DNA of 64,000 nt. Origin: Alphaproteobacteria bacterium. GTDB taxonomy: Bacteria > Pseudomonadota > Alphaproteobacteria > GCA-2731375. The position numbers were made by a program, and so were the translations under genes. The notes under the pieces were generated by a model. It worked only from the letters and a program-made list of their open reading frames with translations. It made no database searches and was not told the origin of the DNA. Positions 1 through 9,389 of this stretch are shown piece by piece (the stretch's first letter is position 1; each line of letters begins with the position of its first letter). The DNA lies in NCBI GenBank assembly GCA_965232515.1, contig CBDDPY010000002.1, forward strand, positions 64,001 through 128,000. The letters run 5' to 3'.

Positions 1-16
1 GCTGAAGCGGACTGCC

Positions 17-979
17 ATGACGATCGCGGCCACGTCGGCTTTCGCGCTGGGTATGGGGCAGGCGGCCGTCGCCGCACCCGTGACCGTGGCGACCACGGCG
101 ATCATTGAGCACCCGGTTATCGACACCATCCGCGACGGAATCCGCGACGAGCTGGTCGCGCGCGGCTACGTTCTCGGCAAGGATCTGTCGATCACCTACG
201 AGAACGCGCAAGGCAGTGCGGTCACCGCGGCGCAGATCGCGCGCAAGCTGGTTGGCGCCACGCCCGACGTGATCGTCCCGATCACGACGCCGTCGGCCCA
301 GGCCGTGGTCGCCGCCACCGACCAGATTCCCGTCGTCTTCAGTGCCATCACCGATCCCGTCGGCGCAAAGCTGGTGGCGTCGATGCAGCGGCCGGGCGCC
401 AACGTTACCGGCACCACCGATCTGTCGCCGATCAGGCAGCATATGGAGCTGATCCGCAAAGTGACGCCCAAGGCCGCGAAGATCGGCGTGATCTACAATC
501 CCGGCGAGGCCAACTCGGTCAGCCTGGTGCGACTGATCAACAAGCACGGCCCGGCGCTCGGCCTCACCATCGTCGAGGCCACGGCGCCGAAATCGGCCGA
601 AGTGCTGAGCGCGGCGCGCAGCCTGGTCGGACGGGTCGACGCGATCTATCTGCCGACCGACAACACGGTCATCTCGGTGATCGAAGCCGTCATCAAGGTC
701 GGCGTCGACAATCGGATTCCGGTCTTTGCCGGCGATGCCGACTCGGTGCCGCGCGGGGCCATCGCCGCGCTCGGCTTCAACTATTACGACGTCGGCCGGC
801 AGACCGGCGCCATGGTCCATCGCGTGCTGCAGGGCGAAGCGCCCGGCGAGATGCCGGTGCAGTTGCCGGCTAAGCTCGAGCTGCACATCAATCCCGCCAT
901 GGCCAAAAAAATGGGTGTGACCATCCCCGGCGACATCCACAACGCCGCCGACAAGGTGGTGGAAGCAGCGGACGGCTGA
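17..979 (+). CDS. ABC transporter substrate-binding protein (Trp/Tyr-type); true start may lie just upstream of the window
   Basis: Signal-peptide-like N-terminus; EHP...NAQG, ITTPSAQA, FSAITDP, PTDNT motifs; followed by permease and ATPase. Confidence 0.88.
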   Translation: MTIAATSAFALGMGQAAVAAPVTVATTAIIEHPVIDTIRDGIRDELVARGYVLGKDLSITYENAQGSAVTAAQIARKLVGATPDVIVPITTPSAQAVVAATDQIPVVFSAITDPVGAKLVASMQRPGANVTGTTDLSPIRQHMELIRKVTPKAAKIGVIYNPGEANSVSLVRLINKHGPALGLTIVEATAPKSAEVLSAARSLVGRVDAIYLPTDNTVISVIEAVIKVGVDNRIPVFAGDADSVPRGAIAALGFNYYDVGRQTGAMVHRVLQGEAPGEMPVQLPAKLELHINPAMAKKMGVTIPGDIHNAADKVVEAADG

Positions 980-1025
980 CGACGTCGTTGGGTCTTTAAG
1001 TTTCGCTAGAGGGCAAAGTCAGTAA

Positions 1026-1066
1026 GCCCCCTCCCTAGCCCTCCCGACGAGGGAGAGGGAGGGGGC
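1026..1066. repeat. Intercistronic GC-rich hairpin related to REP-like family A
   Basis: GCCCCCTCCCT...AGGGAGGGGGC arms with inner CCCTCCC/GGGAGAGGG, between SBP and permease genes. Confidence 0.6.
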
Positions 1067-1121
1067 GTTCGACGCTCGTTCGATCCAACCGCGTTCGCAC
1101 AACCAGACATCGACACACTCC

Positions 1122-2024
1122 ATGAGCCAACTGGCATTCCTCGGCGCGCTCGAGGTCGGCTTCATCTTCGGCCTCGTCGCGCTCGCCGTGTTCCTCTCGT
1201 TCCGGGTGCTGGACTTTCCCGACCTCACGGTCGACGGCAGCTTCCCGCTGGGCGCGGCCGTCACCGCGACCCTCATCGTCAACGGCGTCGATCCTTACAT
1301 CGCCACATCGGCCGCGCTCGTCGCCGGCGCGGCGGCGGGGCTGGCGACGGCGTTCCTGAACCTGAAGTTCAACATCCTGCATCTGCTGGCCAGCATCCTG
1401 GTGATGATCGCCCTCTACTCAGTCAACCTGCGCATTATGGGCCGGCCGAACGTCGCGATCTTCAGCGAACCGACGGTGCTGAAGTCGTTCGAAGGCCTGG
1501 GCCTCGACGCCGCCATGCTGAAGCCGCTGTTCGCCTTCGCGGTCGTGTCCGTGATCGCCATCCTGCTGGCGCGGTTCCTGACCACCGAATACGGCTTGGG
1601 CGTCCGCGCCACCGGCGTCAACCGCGGCATGGCCCGGGCGCAGGGCATCGATACGTCGGCCGCCACCTATGTCGGCATGGCGCTGTCGAACGCGCTCGCC
1701 GCATTGGCTGGCGCGCTCTTCGCCCAGATGAACGGCTTTGCCGACGTCACCATGGGCACCGGCACCATCATCGTCGGCCTGGCAGCGGTGATCATCGGCG
1801 AAATGGTGTTCCGCGGCCGGCTGATCGTCGTTGCCGTCATCGCCTGCATCGCCGGCGCCGTGGTCTACCGCATGGCCGTGGCGCTCGCGTTGAACGCCGA
1901 CTTCCTCGGCCTGCAGGCCGCCGACCTCAACCTCATCACCGCCATTCTGGTGGCGCTGGCGCTGATCCTGCCCCGGCTGCGGGCGTCGATGGTCGCGCGC
2001 TTGGCCCGGAGGGCGGTGACATGA
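1122..2024 (+). CDS. ABC transporter permease
   Basis: Multi-TM; FPDLTVDGSFPLG, RATG.N and GLAAVIIGE motifs. Confidence 0.9.
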   Translation: MSQLAFLGALEVGFIFGLVALAVFLSFRVLDFPDLTVDGSFPLGAAVTATLIVNGVDPYIATSAALVAGAAAGLATAFLNLKFNILHLLASILVMIALYSVNLRIMGRPNVAIFSEPTVLKSFEGLGLDAAMLKPLFAFAVVSVIAILLARFLTTEYGLGVRATGVNRGMARAQGIDTSAATYVGMALSNALAALAGALFAQMNGFADVTMGTGTIIVGLAAVIIGEMVFRGRLIVVAVIACIAGAVVYRMAVALALNADFLGLQAADLNLITAILVALALILPRLRASMVARLARRAVT

Positions 2025-2872
2025 TGCGCCTTGAGGGCCTGCGTGTCAGCTTCCCGACGTCCACCGGCGGCAACGCGCCGGTGTTGCAGGGCATCGACCT
2101 CGACCTGCCCACGGGCCAGTTCGTCACGCTGATCGGCTCCAACGGCGCCGGCAAGTCGACATTGCTCAACTGCATCACTGGCGACATCGCACCGACCGGC
2201 GGCCGCATCCTGATCGACGACATGGACGTCACCGACTGGCCGTCGCGGCGCCGGTCGGGATTCGTCGCGCGGGTGTTCCAGGATCCACTGGCGGGCACCT
2301 GCGCCACCCTGACGGTCGAGGAGAACCTGGCGCTCGCCGCCAGCCGTGGCCGGCCGCGCCGTCTGATCCAGGCGCTCAACCGTCCGCGCCGGATCTGGTT
2401 TCGCGAACGGCTGGCCGAGCTCGGCCTGGGTCTGGAGGACCGGTTGCGCGAGCCCATGGGCCTGCTTTCGGGCGGTCAGCGCCAGGCCGTCAGCCTGATC
2501 ATGGGGACGATGCAATCGAGCCGTATTCTGCTGCTCGACGAGCATACGGCGGCGCTCGATCCGGGCATGCAGGCCCTGGTGCTGAAACTGACCCGAAATC
2601 TGGTCGCCGAGCGCCAGCTGACAACGCTGATGGTGACGCACTCCATGCGTCAGGCCCTCGATATCGGCGACCGCACCGTAATGCTGCACGCGGGCCGAGT
2701 CGTCCTCGACGTCGCCGGCGAGGAGCGCTGTCGTCTCGGTATGGGCGATCTGGTGGCGCGCTTTTCGGCATTGCGCGACGACGACATCGACGACCGGCTC
2801 GCCGTCATCGATTCCGACTCGCGCCCGACGATACGGGCGGCTACAACGAAGGCGTGTGCGCCCAGCCCCTGA
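2021..2872 (+). CDS. ABC transporter ATP-binding protein
   Basis: Walker A GSNGAGKS, signature LSGGQRQ, Walker B LLLDEHT, H-loop VTH; ATGA overlap with the permease. Confidence 0.92.
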   Translation: MMRLEGLRVSFPTSTGGNAPVLQGIDLDLPTGQFVTLIGSNGAGKSTLLNCITGDIAPTGGRILIDDMDVTDWPSRRRSGFVARVFQDPLAGTCATLTVEENLALAASRGRPRRLIQALNRPRRIWFRERLAELGLGLEDRLREPMGLLSGGQRQAVSLIMGTMQSSRILLLDEHTAALDPGMQALVLKLTRNLVAERQLTTLMVTHSMRQALDIGDRTVMLHAGRVVLDVAGEERCRLGMGDLVARFSALRDDDIDDRLAVIDSDSRPTIRAATTKACAPSP

Positions 2873-3963
2873 AAGACTCGCTCGACCGTGACGCGGTGGC
2901 CCGGATCGCCGGCTATTTCCGGCAGGCCGATCCGGCTTTCGACGAGTCCGCGTTCGTGGCGCAATGCTGCGATCCGCTCGGCACGCTCGAGCTGAAGGAC
3001 CGCGTTCTGCACATCGCGCAAACGCTGCGCGCGCATTTGCCCGACGACTACCCGGCGGCGCTGAAACGCATTCTGCGCGCGGCCGAGATCTGGCCGTCGG
3101 GCGAGGGGGCGCTGCACGGCTTCGCCGCCTGGCCGATGACCGACTTCATCGGCCTCTATGGCCTTGCGCATCCCGACGAGTCGCTGGCGGCTATGCGCCG
3201 CGTGACGCATCTGTTTTCGGCCGAGTTCGCGATCCGGCCGTTCCTGATCGAGCACACCGATCTGACCATGCGGCGCCTGCGCGACTGGACCGACGATGAC
3301 AGCGAGCATGTCAGGCGGCTGGTCTCGGAAGGCACCCGGCCACGCCTGCCCTGGGGCATCCGGCTGAAGCAGTTCCAGGCCGATCCGTCGCCTGTCCTGC
3401 CGTTGCTGGAAGCGCTGAAGGACGATCCGTCGGAATACGTCCGGCGCTCGGTCGCCAACCATCTGAACGACATCTCGAAGGACCATCCCGACATCGCCGT
3501 CGAGGTCTGCACCCGCTGGCGCGACGGCGGTGGCGAGGGGCGGCAATGGATCATCCGCCAGGCGCTGCGCGGCCTCGTCAAGCAAGGCGACGCCCGCGTC
3601 TTCCCGCTCTTGGGCTACAGCGACACGGCCGCCGTCGAGCTGCGCGGTTTCACGCTCTCACCCGCGTCCATCCGTCTCGGCGACAGCATCGACATGGCCT
3701 TCGAACTGGTGTCGACATCAGACGCGTCGCAGAAGTTGATCGTCGACTACGCCGTGCATCACCGTAAGGCCAACGGCAGTCAGCAGCCGAAAGTTTTCAA
3801 GCTCACGACACTCGAACTGCCGCCGCGCGGGACCGCTGACCTGACGAAGCGGCACGCCGTGCGCAAGATCACCACGCGCCAATACTATGCCGGCACGCAG
3901 ACGGTCGAGATCCTGGTCAACGGCCGCGCCGTCGGTCGCCACGACTTCGATCTCCAGGTCTGA
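2854..3963 (+). CDS. alkC: AlkC-type 3-methyladenine DNA glycosylase (HEAT-like repeats plus C-terminal Ig-like domain)
   Basis: FSAEFAIRPF, VRRLVSEGTRPRLPW and YVRRSVANHLNDISKD signatures; C-terminal KVFKL...ITTR.YY.G domain. Confidence 0.85.
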   Translation: MCAQPLKDSLDRDAVARIAGYFRQADPAFDESAFVAQCCDPLGTLELKDRVLHIAQTLRAHLPDDYPAALKRILRAAEIWPSGEGALHGFAAWPMTDFIGLYGLAHPDESLAAMRRVTHLFSAEFAIRPFLIEHTDLTMRRLRDWTDDDSEHVRRLVSEGTRPRLPWGIRLKQFQADPSPVLPLLEALKDDPSEYVRRSVANHLNDISKDHPDIAVEVCTRWRDGGGEGRQWIIRQALRGLVKQGDARVFPLLGYSDTAAVELRGFTLSPASIRLGDSIDMAFELVSTSDASQKLIVDYAVHHRKANGSQQPKVFKLTTLELPPRGTADLTKRHAVRKITTRQYYAGTQTVEILVNGRAVGRHDFDLQV

Positions 3964-4002
3964 ACAGTCGGCCCGCCGTCAGGTAACGGACATGACGCCA
4001 GG

Positions 4003-5097
4003 ATGGTTACCGAGACGAGGCATGGCGACGGCATGATGACGACGTCTCGGCGGCGCTTTCTCGGGTCGCTCGGCCTGGCGACGCTGCTGTCGACCCGACC
4101 CGCTGCGGCGGCGGAGCTGCTGTCCGAGACAGTGCTGCAGCGCATCGCCCTCGGCTCCTGCGCCGACCAGAAGCTGCCCCAGCCTATTTGGACGCCGATC
4201 CGCGCGTTCAAGCCGCAGCTCTTCCTGATGATGGGCGACAACGTCTATGGCGACGTCTCGTCGGGCGCGCTGACCGAGCTGCGCGCGGCCTACGCGCGCC
4301 TGGCCGCGATCGACGGCTTCAAGCGCTTGCGCGCCGAGGTGCCGGTGCTGGCGACGTGGGACGATCACGATTACGGCGCCAACGATGCCGGCGCCGACTT
4401 TCCCCATCGCGCGGGCGTCACGCGATTGTTCCGCGAGTTCTGGGGCGTGCCCGCCGACGGCCCGCAGGCCGGCCGCGATGGAATCTACGATGCGCATGTG
4501 TTCGGCCCGCCCGGCCGGCGGCTACAGGTAATCCTGCTCGACACCCGCTCATTCCGCTCCGGTCTCAAACCCACCGACCGGCGGGGCGCGCCCGGCAGGG
4601 AACGCTACCTGCCCGATCCCGATCCCGCAAAAACCATGTTAGGGCCGGCGCAATGGGCCTGGCTCGACCAACAACTCCGCCAACCGGCCGACCTGCGTCT
4701 GATCGTTTCCAGCATCCAGGTCCTGGCCGACGGCCACGGCTATGAGCGCTGGGGCAACCTTCCCACCGAGCGGCAGCGCCTGATCGATCTGATCGGCGCG
4801 ACACGCGCCAACGGCGTGGTCTTTCTCTCCGGCGACCGGCATATCGGCGCGCTCTACCGGCGGGCCGGTGGCGTGCCCTATCCGTTTCACGAAATCACCT
4901 CCAGCTCGCTCAACCGCTCCGTCGGCGCCTCGAGCGAAACGGGACCGCATCAGGTCGGTCCCGTCTACGCAAAGGACAATTTCGGCGTGATCGAGATCGA
5001 CTGGCAGCACGGCGGCGTGATGCTGGCGCTCCGTGACAACACGGGCGCTCGCGTCCACGCGATGGCGCTATCGCTCGCCGACCTGCAAGTCCGCTGA
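4003..5097 (+). CDS. phoD: PhoD-family alkaline phosphatase, Tat-exported (start probably a downstream Met near 4030-4036)
   Basis: Twin-arginine SRRRFL; GSC, GDNVY, WDDHD, LLDTR, SGDRH metal-binding motifs. Confidence 0.85.
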   Translation: MVTETRHGDGMMTTSRRRFLGSLGLATLLSTRPAAAAELLSETVLQRIALGSCADQKLPQPIWTPIRAFKPQLFLMMGDNVYGDVSSGALTELRAAYARLAAIDGFKRLRAEVPVLATWDDHDYGANDAGADFPHRAGVTRLFREFWGVPADGPQAGRDGIYDAHVFGPPGRRLQVILLDTRSFRSGLKPTDRRGAPGRERYLPDPDPAKTMLGPAQWAWLDQQLRQPADLRLIVSSIQVLADGHGYERWGNLPTERQRLIDLIGATRANGVVFLSGDRHIGALYRRAGGVPYPFHEITSSSLNRSVGASSETGPHQVGPVYAKDNFGVIEIDWQHGGVMLALRDNTGARVHAMALSLADLQVR

Positions 5098-5520
5098 CGC
5101 CGGCGTCTCGGCCACGCGCTTGGCGGGCCATGTCAGCCAGACATCTTGCCGCCGCACCAGGTACAAGAGCGCCAGCGCCGCCAGCACCGGCACGCCGGCC
5201 CAGAACAGATGGTTCGGCGGCTCGTAGGGATTGATCAGCCGTTCGTAGGTCGACGCCACCGACACCGCGTGCATCGCCAGCAGCGCGCCATAGCTCAGCG
5301 TCTTGAACAGGCCCGCGATAAACGCGAGCACGATCAGCGTCTGAACGATGCCGATGGCATACGATCCCGCCAGCGGCAGGTCGATCAAATAGAACGTGGC
5401 GAACACCCGCTGCGTGATCTCCGGCGCGATCAGCTTCTCCACCGACCAGACCAGAAAGAAGACCCCGATGCTGAACCGCAGCGCCGTCAGGCCGATTTGC
5501 AACCGTCGTTGATCCGACAT
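5068..5520 (-). CDS. DoxX-family membrane protein
   Basis: Four TM segments, LR...G.FF...S..K N-terminal pattern. Confidence 0.7.
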   Translation of the reverse strand: MSDQRRLQIGLTALRFSIGVFFLVWSVEKLIAPEITQRVFATFYLIDLPLAGSYAIGIVQTLIVLAFIAGLFKTLSYGALLAMHAVSVASTYERLINPYEPPNHLFWAGVPVLAALALLYLVRRQDVWLTWPAKRVAETPASADLQVGER

Positions 5521-5619
5521 GAACCCACTCCAAGCTTGTCGCCGGCCGCGGCCGGGACCGTTTCACCCGTCTGCCGCGGCAAATGGCCATGGCCTTCATG
5601 GGGTTCAAGCCGGAAAAAT

Positions 5620-5635
5620 CTCATGCATGCATGAG
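5620..5635. promoter_or_regulatory. Perfect 16-bp palindrome, candidate operator
   Basis: CTCATGCATGCATGAG about 100 bp upstream of the DoxX start. Confidence 0.35.
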
Positions 5636-5663
5636 GCGCTTTCATGTCGAAGGAGGGGGTGGG

Positions 5664-6542
5664 CTAAAGCGACGCGGCGGGCTGCAGAAACTCGGTCGCC
5701 ATTTGATCGAGACGCGCCATAAGCCTGTCGACGTCGCGGCCGACCGTCAGCAGCGTCAGCTGGTCGACACCGGCTTCGGCATAGGCTTCCAGCGCCGCCC
5801 GGTCGACGGGATGGTTGTAGGCGCAGACCGTGACGTCGACGTCGCCGAGGCCGCGGCCGCGTTCGCTCAAGATCTCCGACAACCGCTCGATACGCGCCTT
5901 GGCGTCCGTCGGCGTCAGCGCGAAGCCGTGCCAGCCGGCGCCCAGATCGGCGACCCGGCGCAGGGCCGCGTCGCTCTCGCCGCCGAAACAGATCGGCGGA
6001 TGCGGCGACTGGACCGGTTTCGGGTCGTGCCGGCAGGCCGGCAGCTCGTAAAACTCGCCAGAGAAAGCCGACACCTCGTCGCACCAGAGCCGGCGTATCA
6101 CTTCGAGGTATTCCCGGCAACGTGCGCCACGGCGTTCGAACGGTACGCCCAGTGCGTCGAATTCCTCCTTCAGCCAGCCGACGCCGACGCCGAAATCGAT
6201 GCGGCCGCCAGACAGCCAGTCGACGGTCGCCACCGACTTCGCCGTGTAGACCGGGTTGCGCTGCGGCACCAGGCAGATGCCGGTGCCGAGCCGGATGGTC
6301 TCGGTCGCCGCCGCCAGGAACGACAACGCCGCGAACGGCTCCAGCATGCCGTTGTCCGCCCGGCCCGGCAGTTGCCCGTCGGCGCTGTAGGGATAGGCCG
6401 ACGCGTGCTGGTCGAACAAAACCACATGCTCCCCCACCCAGATCGAATGAAAGCCCCGTTCCTCCGCCGCGCGGCCGAGCGCGGCCACGTAAGCCCGGTC
6501 GTGAAACGGATTGATCAACGGCGCGAACAGCCCCACCCGCAT
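5664..6542 (-). CDS. LLM-class (luciferase-like) flavin/F420-dependent oxidoreductase
   Basis: MRVGLF start after GGGAGG RBS; AEERGFHSIWVGEHV, RNPV..AK..AT.D.LSGGR, PKP.Q.PHPP..GG motifs. The listed 1006-aa ORF is over-extended. Confidence 0.88.
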   Translation of the reverse strand: MRVGLFAPLINPFHDRAYVAALGRAAEERGFHSIWVGEHVVLFDQHASAYPYSADGQLPGRADNGMLEPFAALSFLAAATETIRLGTGICLVPQRNPVYTAKSVATVDWLSGGRIDFGVGVGWLKEEFDALGVPFERRGARCREYLEVIRRLWCDEVSAFSGEFYELPACRHDPKPVQSPHPPICFGGESDAALRRVADLGAGWHGFALTPTDAKARIERLSEILSERGRGLGDVDVTVCAYNHPVDRAALEAYAEAGVDQLTLLTVGRDVDRLMARLDQMATEFLQPAASL

Positions 6543-6703
6543 GCCTGTCCCTCCCATGCCTGGTTTGCCGAGTGGCGGGAAGGGTAGCGGTCTTTCGCCG
6601 ACACGTCTGGCTGAATCATACACGGCCGCGACTGCGGCCCGCCGGTCGTCCGGTGCGCCCGCGCAGGCGCGGACCGTCAGGTCCGCTGCCGTGAGCGCAA
6701 AAT

Positions 6704-6730
6704 GCCTAGATCGGCTACGCCGATCTAGGC
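6704..6730 (-). terminator. 12-bp perfect stem-loop overlapping the stop of the diiron gene
   Basis: GCCTAGATCGGC-TAC-GCCGATCTAGGC followed by ATTTT on the minus strand. Confidence 0.55.
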
Positions 6731-7840
6731 GGCGGTGGGCTTCTGGCCGATGATCTTGCGGTCCTTGTTGATCTCGCGCAGCATCTCGATGCCGTCGGCG
6801 GCGATGGCGTCGCCGACCATGAAGTCGGCCTCGGACGCCAGGCCCTCCATGTCGACCCAGTTGGCGTAGATCTGCCGCGTGCGGTCGGTGATGATGTCGG
6901 CGCCCAGCAGCGTTTTGACTAGCACCCGGAAGATGTTGGTGCCTTCCTTCAAGGTGTTGCGCCGGTCGTCGTCGCCGAAGTTCTCGCGCACGGCGTCCCG
7001 CACCCATTCCCATTCCAGGCCGAACTGCGGATAGATGTGCCGCTTCTGGCGCACGTTCACCAGGTTGAACAGCAGCGTCTCGAAGCACTGGGCGGCCCAG
7101 TCCTCGACGATGTCGTGCTCTTCCGGGCTCAGCTTCGAGATCGTGCGGTCGGCCCAGATCTTGCCGAAGCGGTGGTGGAAGGCCTCGTCCGTCATCACCA
7201 GCTGCACCAGGCGCTTCAGCAGCGGATCGTTGGTGTGCGCGTGAATGCTGGCGAACGCGCCCATGGCCAGGCCCTCGACCAGCATCTGCATACCGACCAG
7301 CTTGCGATAGACCTCGGGCGCCGCGACCAGCTCTTGCAGCAGCCGGCCGAGCTCGTCGCCCACCTTGTAGGGCGTGCCCCAGCGCTTGCCGATGTAACGG
7401 CCGAAGGCGGTCACGTGCCGGGCTTCCTCGCGCGCCTGGTTGGCGGCGTATTCCTGGGCGCCCGGATCGTAGAGGATGTCGCACAGGCTGGCGCTCAGCG
7501 ACAGCGCGCCCTGCTCGCCGTGCAGAATACCCGACAACGTCCAGCGCGTGATCTCGTTCGCGAGCCGGATCTGCTGGCCCTCGTCCAGGCGGTCGGCGAC
7601 GGCGCTGTTCAGCTCGGGGAAGCGTTCGGGCGGCATCAGGTATTCGTTCTCGAGATCGAATTCGATGTCGAAATCGAGATAGGCCGTGTCCATCGGGTCC
7701 CAGAAATGGTCGTGGGTGGCCGAGATGATGCCATCGAAGGCGTCGGTGCGCTGGGCATAGCGTGCGACGTCGATCATGGCCTCGAAATCGTCCGGCGCGA
7801 CGGTGTTGTAGATCGGGTCGTGGGTGATGTGCTTGGCCAT
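6725..7840 (-). CDS. Ferritin-like diiron protein (AurF/N-oxygenase-like family)
   Basis: HGEQGAL, EEARH, VEGLA, DEAFHH diiron ligand pattern; start MAKHITH after AGAGGC. Confidence 0.78.
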   Translation of the reverse strand: MAKHITHDPIYNTVAPDDFEAMIDVARYAQRTDAFDGIISATHDHFWDPMDTAYLDFDIEFDLENEYLMPPERFPELNSAVADRLDEGQQIRLANEITRWTLSGILHGEQGALSLSASLCDILYDPGAQEYAANQAREEARHVTAFGRYIGKRWGTPYKVGDELGRLLQELVAAPEVYRKLVGMQMLVEGLAMGAFASIHAHTNDPLLKRLVQLVMTDEAFHHRFGKIWADRTISKLSPEEHDIVEDWAAQCFETLLFNLVNVRQKRHIYPQFGLEWEWVRDAVRENFGDDDRRNTLKEGTNIFRVLVKTLLGADIITDRTRQIYANWVDMEGLASEADFMVGDAIAADGIEMLREINKDRKIIGQKPTAA

Positions 7841-7873
7841 AGCCGCCTCTTGCCAGCGTGTTCCTCGTGCGTA

Positions 7874-7895
7874 CTTTACGTTGACGTAAACGTAA
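7874..7895. promoter_or_regulatory. LiuR-like (MerR-family) operator, two overlapping sites
   Basis: CTTTACGTTGACGTAAAC plus overlapping TTGACGTAAACGTAA; matches the TTTACGT-NN-ACGTAAA consensus. Confidence 0.65.
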
Positions 7896-7939
7896 GGGCA
7901 AATGGTAAATCTTCGGTCGTCGCCGATTTCTGTCCGCCA

Positions 7940-7974
7940 ACCCCAACAACAGGGACTGTCCCTGTTGTTGGGGT
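7940..7974. repeat. Perfect 17-bp-arm inverted repeat with 1-nt spacer
   Basis: ACCCCAACAACAGGGAC-T-GTCCCTGTTGTTGGGGT. Confidence 0.8.
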
Positions 7975-8042
7975 AGCTCGCCAACTGCGGGCGTGGCCTG
8001 TAAGCTGCCGGCCGCGTTTGTTTTCCAAGGGAAGGGGCCCAT

Positions 8043-9242
8043 ATGACCGCGTCGGACGACCGGCTGCCGCTGGCGGATATCACGGTTCTGGAGTTCAGCC
8101 ACGCGGTCATGGGGCCGACCTGCGGCATGTTCCTGGCCGATCTCGGGGCCGAAGTGCTGAAGCTCGAGCCGGCGCCGGCCGGCGACCGCACGCGGCATCT
8201 GGCGGGCGCCGGGGCCGGCTTCTTCGGCATGTACAGCCGCAACAAGAAGAGCCTCGCCATCGACCTGAAGGCGCCCGAATGCCGCCCGGCGGTCGAGGCC
8301 CTGATCCGGCAGGCCGACGTGATGATCGAGAATTTCGCGCTCGGCACCATGGACCGGCTCGGCCTCGGCTATGCCGACGCGTCGGCGCTCAACCCGCGCC
8401 TCGTCTATTGCCAGCTCAAGGGCTTCCTCAGCGGGCCCTACGAGGAGCGCCGGGCGCTGGACGAGATCGCCCAGATGATGAGCGGCCTCGCCTACATGAC
8501 CGGCCCGCCGGACCGGCCGCTCAGGGCCGGCACCTCGATCATCGACATCCTCGGCGGCATGAGCGGCGTCATCGGCATCATGGCGGCGTTGCGCGAGCGC
8601 GAGCGCACCGGCCGCGGCCAGAACGTGCGCGCCGGTCTGTTCGAGGCGGCGGCGCTCACCATGGGCCAGCATATCGTCCAGCACGCGATCACCGGCGAGC
8701 CGCTGGAGCCGATGTCGGTGGCGCGGCGGGCCTGGGGCATCTACGACATCTTCAAGACCTCGGACGGCAAATCGATCTTCATGGGCGTCGTCACCGACAC
8801 GCAGTGGCGGCGTTTCTGCGAGGACTTCGGGCGTGACGACTTCGCCGCCGACGACCGCCTGCAGACCAACAACGGCCGCATGGAGTCGCGCGACTGGCTG
8901 GTGCCCGCGGTGCAGGAGATGTGCGGCGCCATGACATCAGACGAGCTCCTGGCCAAGGCCGACGCGGCCGAGCTCGCCTTCGGCCCGGTGAACCGGCCGG
9001 AGGACCTGTTGGACGACCCGCATCTGAATGCCGATGGCCGCATGACCGAAACGCATCTGCCGGGCGGTGCCACGACCAAGGTGCCGCCACTGCCATTCGA
9101 ACTCGACGGCCGCGGCTTCGGCCTGCGCGAAGATCCGCCCGCGACGGGCCAGCACGGGCGGGAGATCCTGCAGCGCGCGGGTCTGGACGACGGGGCGATT
9201 AGCGCCCTGGCGGAGGCGGGGCACATCGTCCTGCCGGATTAG
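8043..9242 (+). CDS. CaiB/BaiF family III CoA-transferase
   Basis: LADLGAEVLKLE, RNKKSLAIDLK, DVMIENF, NPRLVYC motifs. Confidence 0.92.
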   Translation: MTASDDRLPLADITVLEFSHAVMGPTCGMFLADLGAEVLKLEPAPAGDRTRHLAGAGAGFFGMYSRNKKSLAIDLKAPECRPAVEALIRQADVMIENFALGTMDRLGLGYADASALNPRLVYCQLKGFLSGPYEERRALDEIAQMMSGLAYMTGPPDRPLRAGTSIIDILGGMSGVIGIMAALRERERTGRGQNVRAGLFEAAALTMGQHIVQHAITGEPLEPMSVARRAWGIYDIFKTSDGKSIFMGVVTDTQWRRFCEDFGRDDFAADDRLQTNNGRMESRDWLVPAVQEMCGAMTSDELLAKADAAELAFGPVNRPEDLLDDPHLNADGRMTETHLPGGATTKVPPLPFELDGRGFGLREDPPATGQHGREILQRAGLDDGAISALAEAGHIVLPD

Positions 9243-9263
9243 AAGCCGCTTCGGGCACTGTTT

Positions 9264-9389
9264 GCCCTCACCCCAACCCTCTCCCGCAAGCGGGAGAGGG
9301 GGCCGCCACCGCGGCGGTTTGTTGCCCCTCTCCCGCTTGCGGGAGAGGGAGGGACCCGCGCGACGGCAGTCGCGTGGGAGGGTGAGGGC
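9264..9389. repeat. REP-like composite palindromic element, family A
   Basis: GCCCTCACCC...CCCTCTCCCGCAAGCGGGAGAGGG...GGGTGAGGGC between convergent genes; near reverse complement of 46557-46687. Confidence 0.85.

Noticed and set aside
3976-3993. Possible Pho box upstream of phoD (CCGTCAG-GTAA-CGGACAT)
   Set aside because: Too many mismatches and no convincing -10; cannot be supported by eye
5664-8684. 1006-aa minus-strand ORF as one protein
   Set aside because: Only 5664-6542 is LLM-like and has its own RBS; the rest is an alternative or antisense frame over real genes
9264-9389. Palindromic repeats as a CRISPR array or tRNA
   Set aside because: No regular repeat-spacer period, no cas genes, no cloverleaf; they fit REP-like elements
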